64,000 bases of DNA from Macrostomum lignano. Its lineage: Eukaryota. Positions 62,693 through 64,000 of this stretch are shown piece after piece. The stretch covers positions 109,086 through 173,085 of the forward strand of contig NIVC01000043.1 of the NCBI GenBank assembly GCA_002269645.1. Reading direction: 5' to 3'. A model generated the notes under the pieces. That model was not told the DNA's origin. It ran no database searches and saw nothing but the letters and a program-made list of their open reading frames with translations. Each line of letters begins with the position of its first letter. The stretch's first letter is position 1. Made by a program: the position numbers and the translations under genes.

Positions 62693-63923
62693 TGTGTGAC
62701 AACTCTCAGTTCACAGCATTATGCATGCTTGACGATAAGAAAGCAAGTATCGGCATCCTCGTGTGCGTAGTGCGCGTAGGGCTGAAGGATGGCTGTCGCC
62801 TTGATTTGCGGCAGCACCCAAAAGCCTCCTTCAAGTTCAAACCAAACAGTGGCAGTCCTGCAGTCCAAGACCCTACCTGACCGCCAGAGGGCGGCGCTGT
62901 TCCAGGCTATTACAGGTTACAGGATTCGGCCCTCGGTTTCCAAGCACAATAGGTGAAGTTAGTACTTTTAATATACCTACTTTTTGAGTTGAAAAAGAAT
63001 AGGCCAAATTCAAAACAGTTTTATGATACAGTTGCCAAACAACGATACACAAAAAACCGATAAAGGCGAACAGTGATAAACTAACGCACTAATTTAAAAG
63101 GATATATTTTTGTACAAGTGTCACCATTAAACAATTCAACTAGTGAAAGGAATTCAAAACAAGTATCAATTTCAGATAATGCATAGTATATAGAGCGCAA
63201 ATTACATTTTTATTTATTGGAGGCTCAATGAATTTTTGTAACGATATGATTATGAAGTGAGTAGTTTTCTACCAATTATTACATTCAAGAGAAACACCAA
63301 ACAAAAATCAAGTTGGCCTATTGGAGTTCGAGAGTGGTACATGGATTAGTCTGAATGAGCAATGAAATGTCTTGAGCTCACAGCTAGCACTCAAGTTATC
63401 TATAAACTGAACTGTGCCAACGATATCTTATACATGTATTGCATATGAATAGCAACAATAAGGAAGATATATTGACGTTAAGCTGAAAATATTATCAACA
63501 ATCAACAATTTGAGCAGAACAACAACCACAGATAAAATTGGACAATGCATACTTGTCAAAAGCATATATAATTAAGCTAGTACCTATTAGCCAGCGAAAT
63601 TCAATTATACTAAAGATCAAATTCCTAAACCTCAAAAACAGCTTTAATTAACAGCCGCGTAACCATAGAAAATGATTGCCTTACCTAGTACGAATTCATA
63701 ATTAAAGTCTTACAATTCCTCTCGCCCACACGACAGGAGAGTCTCGCAGGCACGTAAAATCCTTCAGTTCTAATAGAATTTTTCGATGTTACTGAATGCT
63801 GACGGCCTAAATCTTGAATTTTGCGTGCACGAGTAGCCAGGGTAGGTAGTGAGCCAAATTGTTCGGCATATATTACGCTACTATTAGTACGCTGAAAGAA
63901 TATTCCAAGCTAACAAGTACAAA

Positions 63924-64000
63924 TCAGAGCAGCAACCAGTACAGCAACAGGCAGTGCAGGCCAAACAAATATGCGATGACGGCGTTGCGCGCGCTCGCCG
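63924..64000 (-). CDS. C-terminal tail-anchor of a golgin-84/CASP-like Golgi protein (partial)
   Basis: The frame from 63998 reads ASARNAVIAYLFGLHCLLLYWLLL*. The AR..VI.Y...LH transmembrane motif with Tyr and His is typical of golgin-84/CASP. Only 24 aa are visible. Confidence 0.5.
   Translation of the reverse strand, partial: ASARNAVIAYLFGLHCLLLYWLLL

Overview
Eukaryotic (animal) genomic DNA with GC-rich exons, AT-rich spacers and short GT-AG introns packed with minisatellites. The style (AG acceptors right before start codons, animal USP genes, repeat-filled introns) suggests a spliced-leader (SL) trans-splicing invertebrate, probably a Macrostomum-type flatworm; this is inference. I find 14 host genes or gene fragments, all on the minus strand. 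In transcription order they are: a golgin-84/CASP-like tail, a large frameshift-broken ORF, ENKD1, a cytohesin, two universal stress proteins, FKBP8, NCBP3, an RRM protein, C19orf12, an ARM-like protein lacking its own ATG, NDUFB10, RAB29-like and BCAS2. Nearly every spacer and intron carries its own tandem repeat. FKBP8 intron 1 holds a young, full-length Mag-like Ty3/gypsy LTR element. About 48.3-57.1 kb is a gene-free, CpG-depleted transposon graveyard with two hAT MITEs, a Mutator-like foldback and a SINE copy. That SINE copy differs from its intronic sister copy by directional CpG->TpG/CpA changes and about as many CpA->TpA changes, a RIP-like signature. All alignments and counts were done by hand; no database searches were run.
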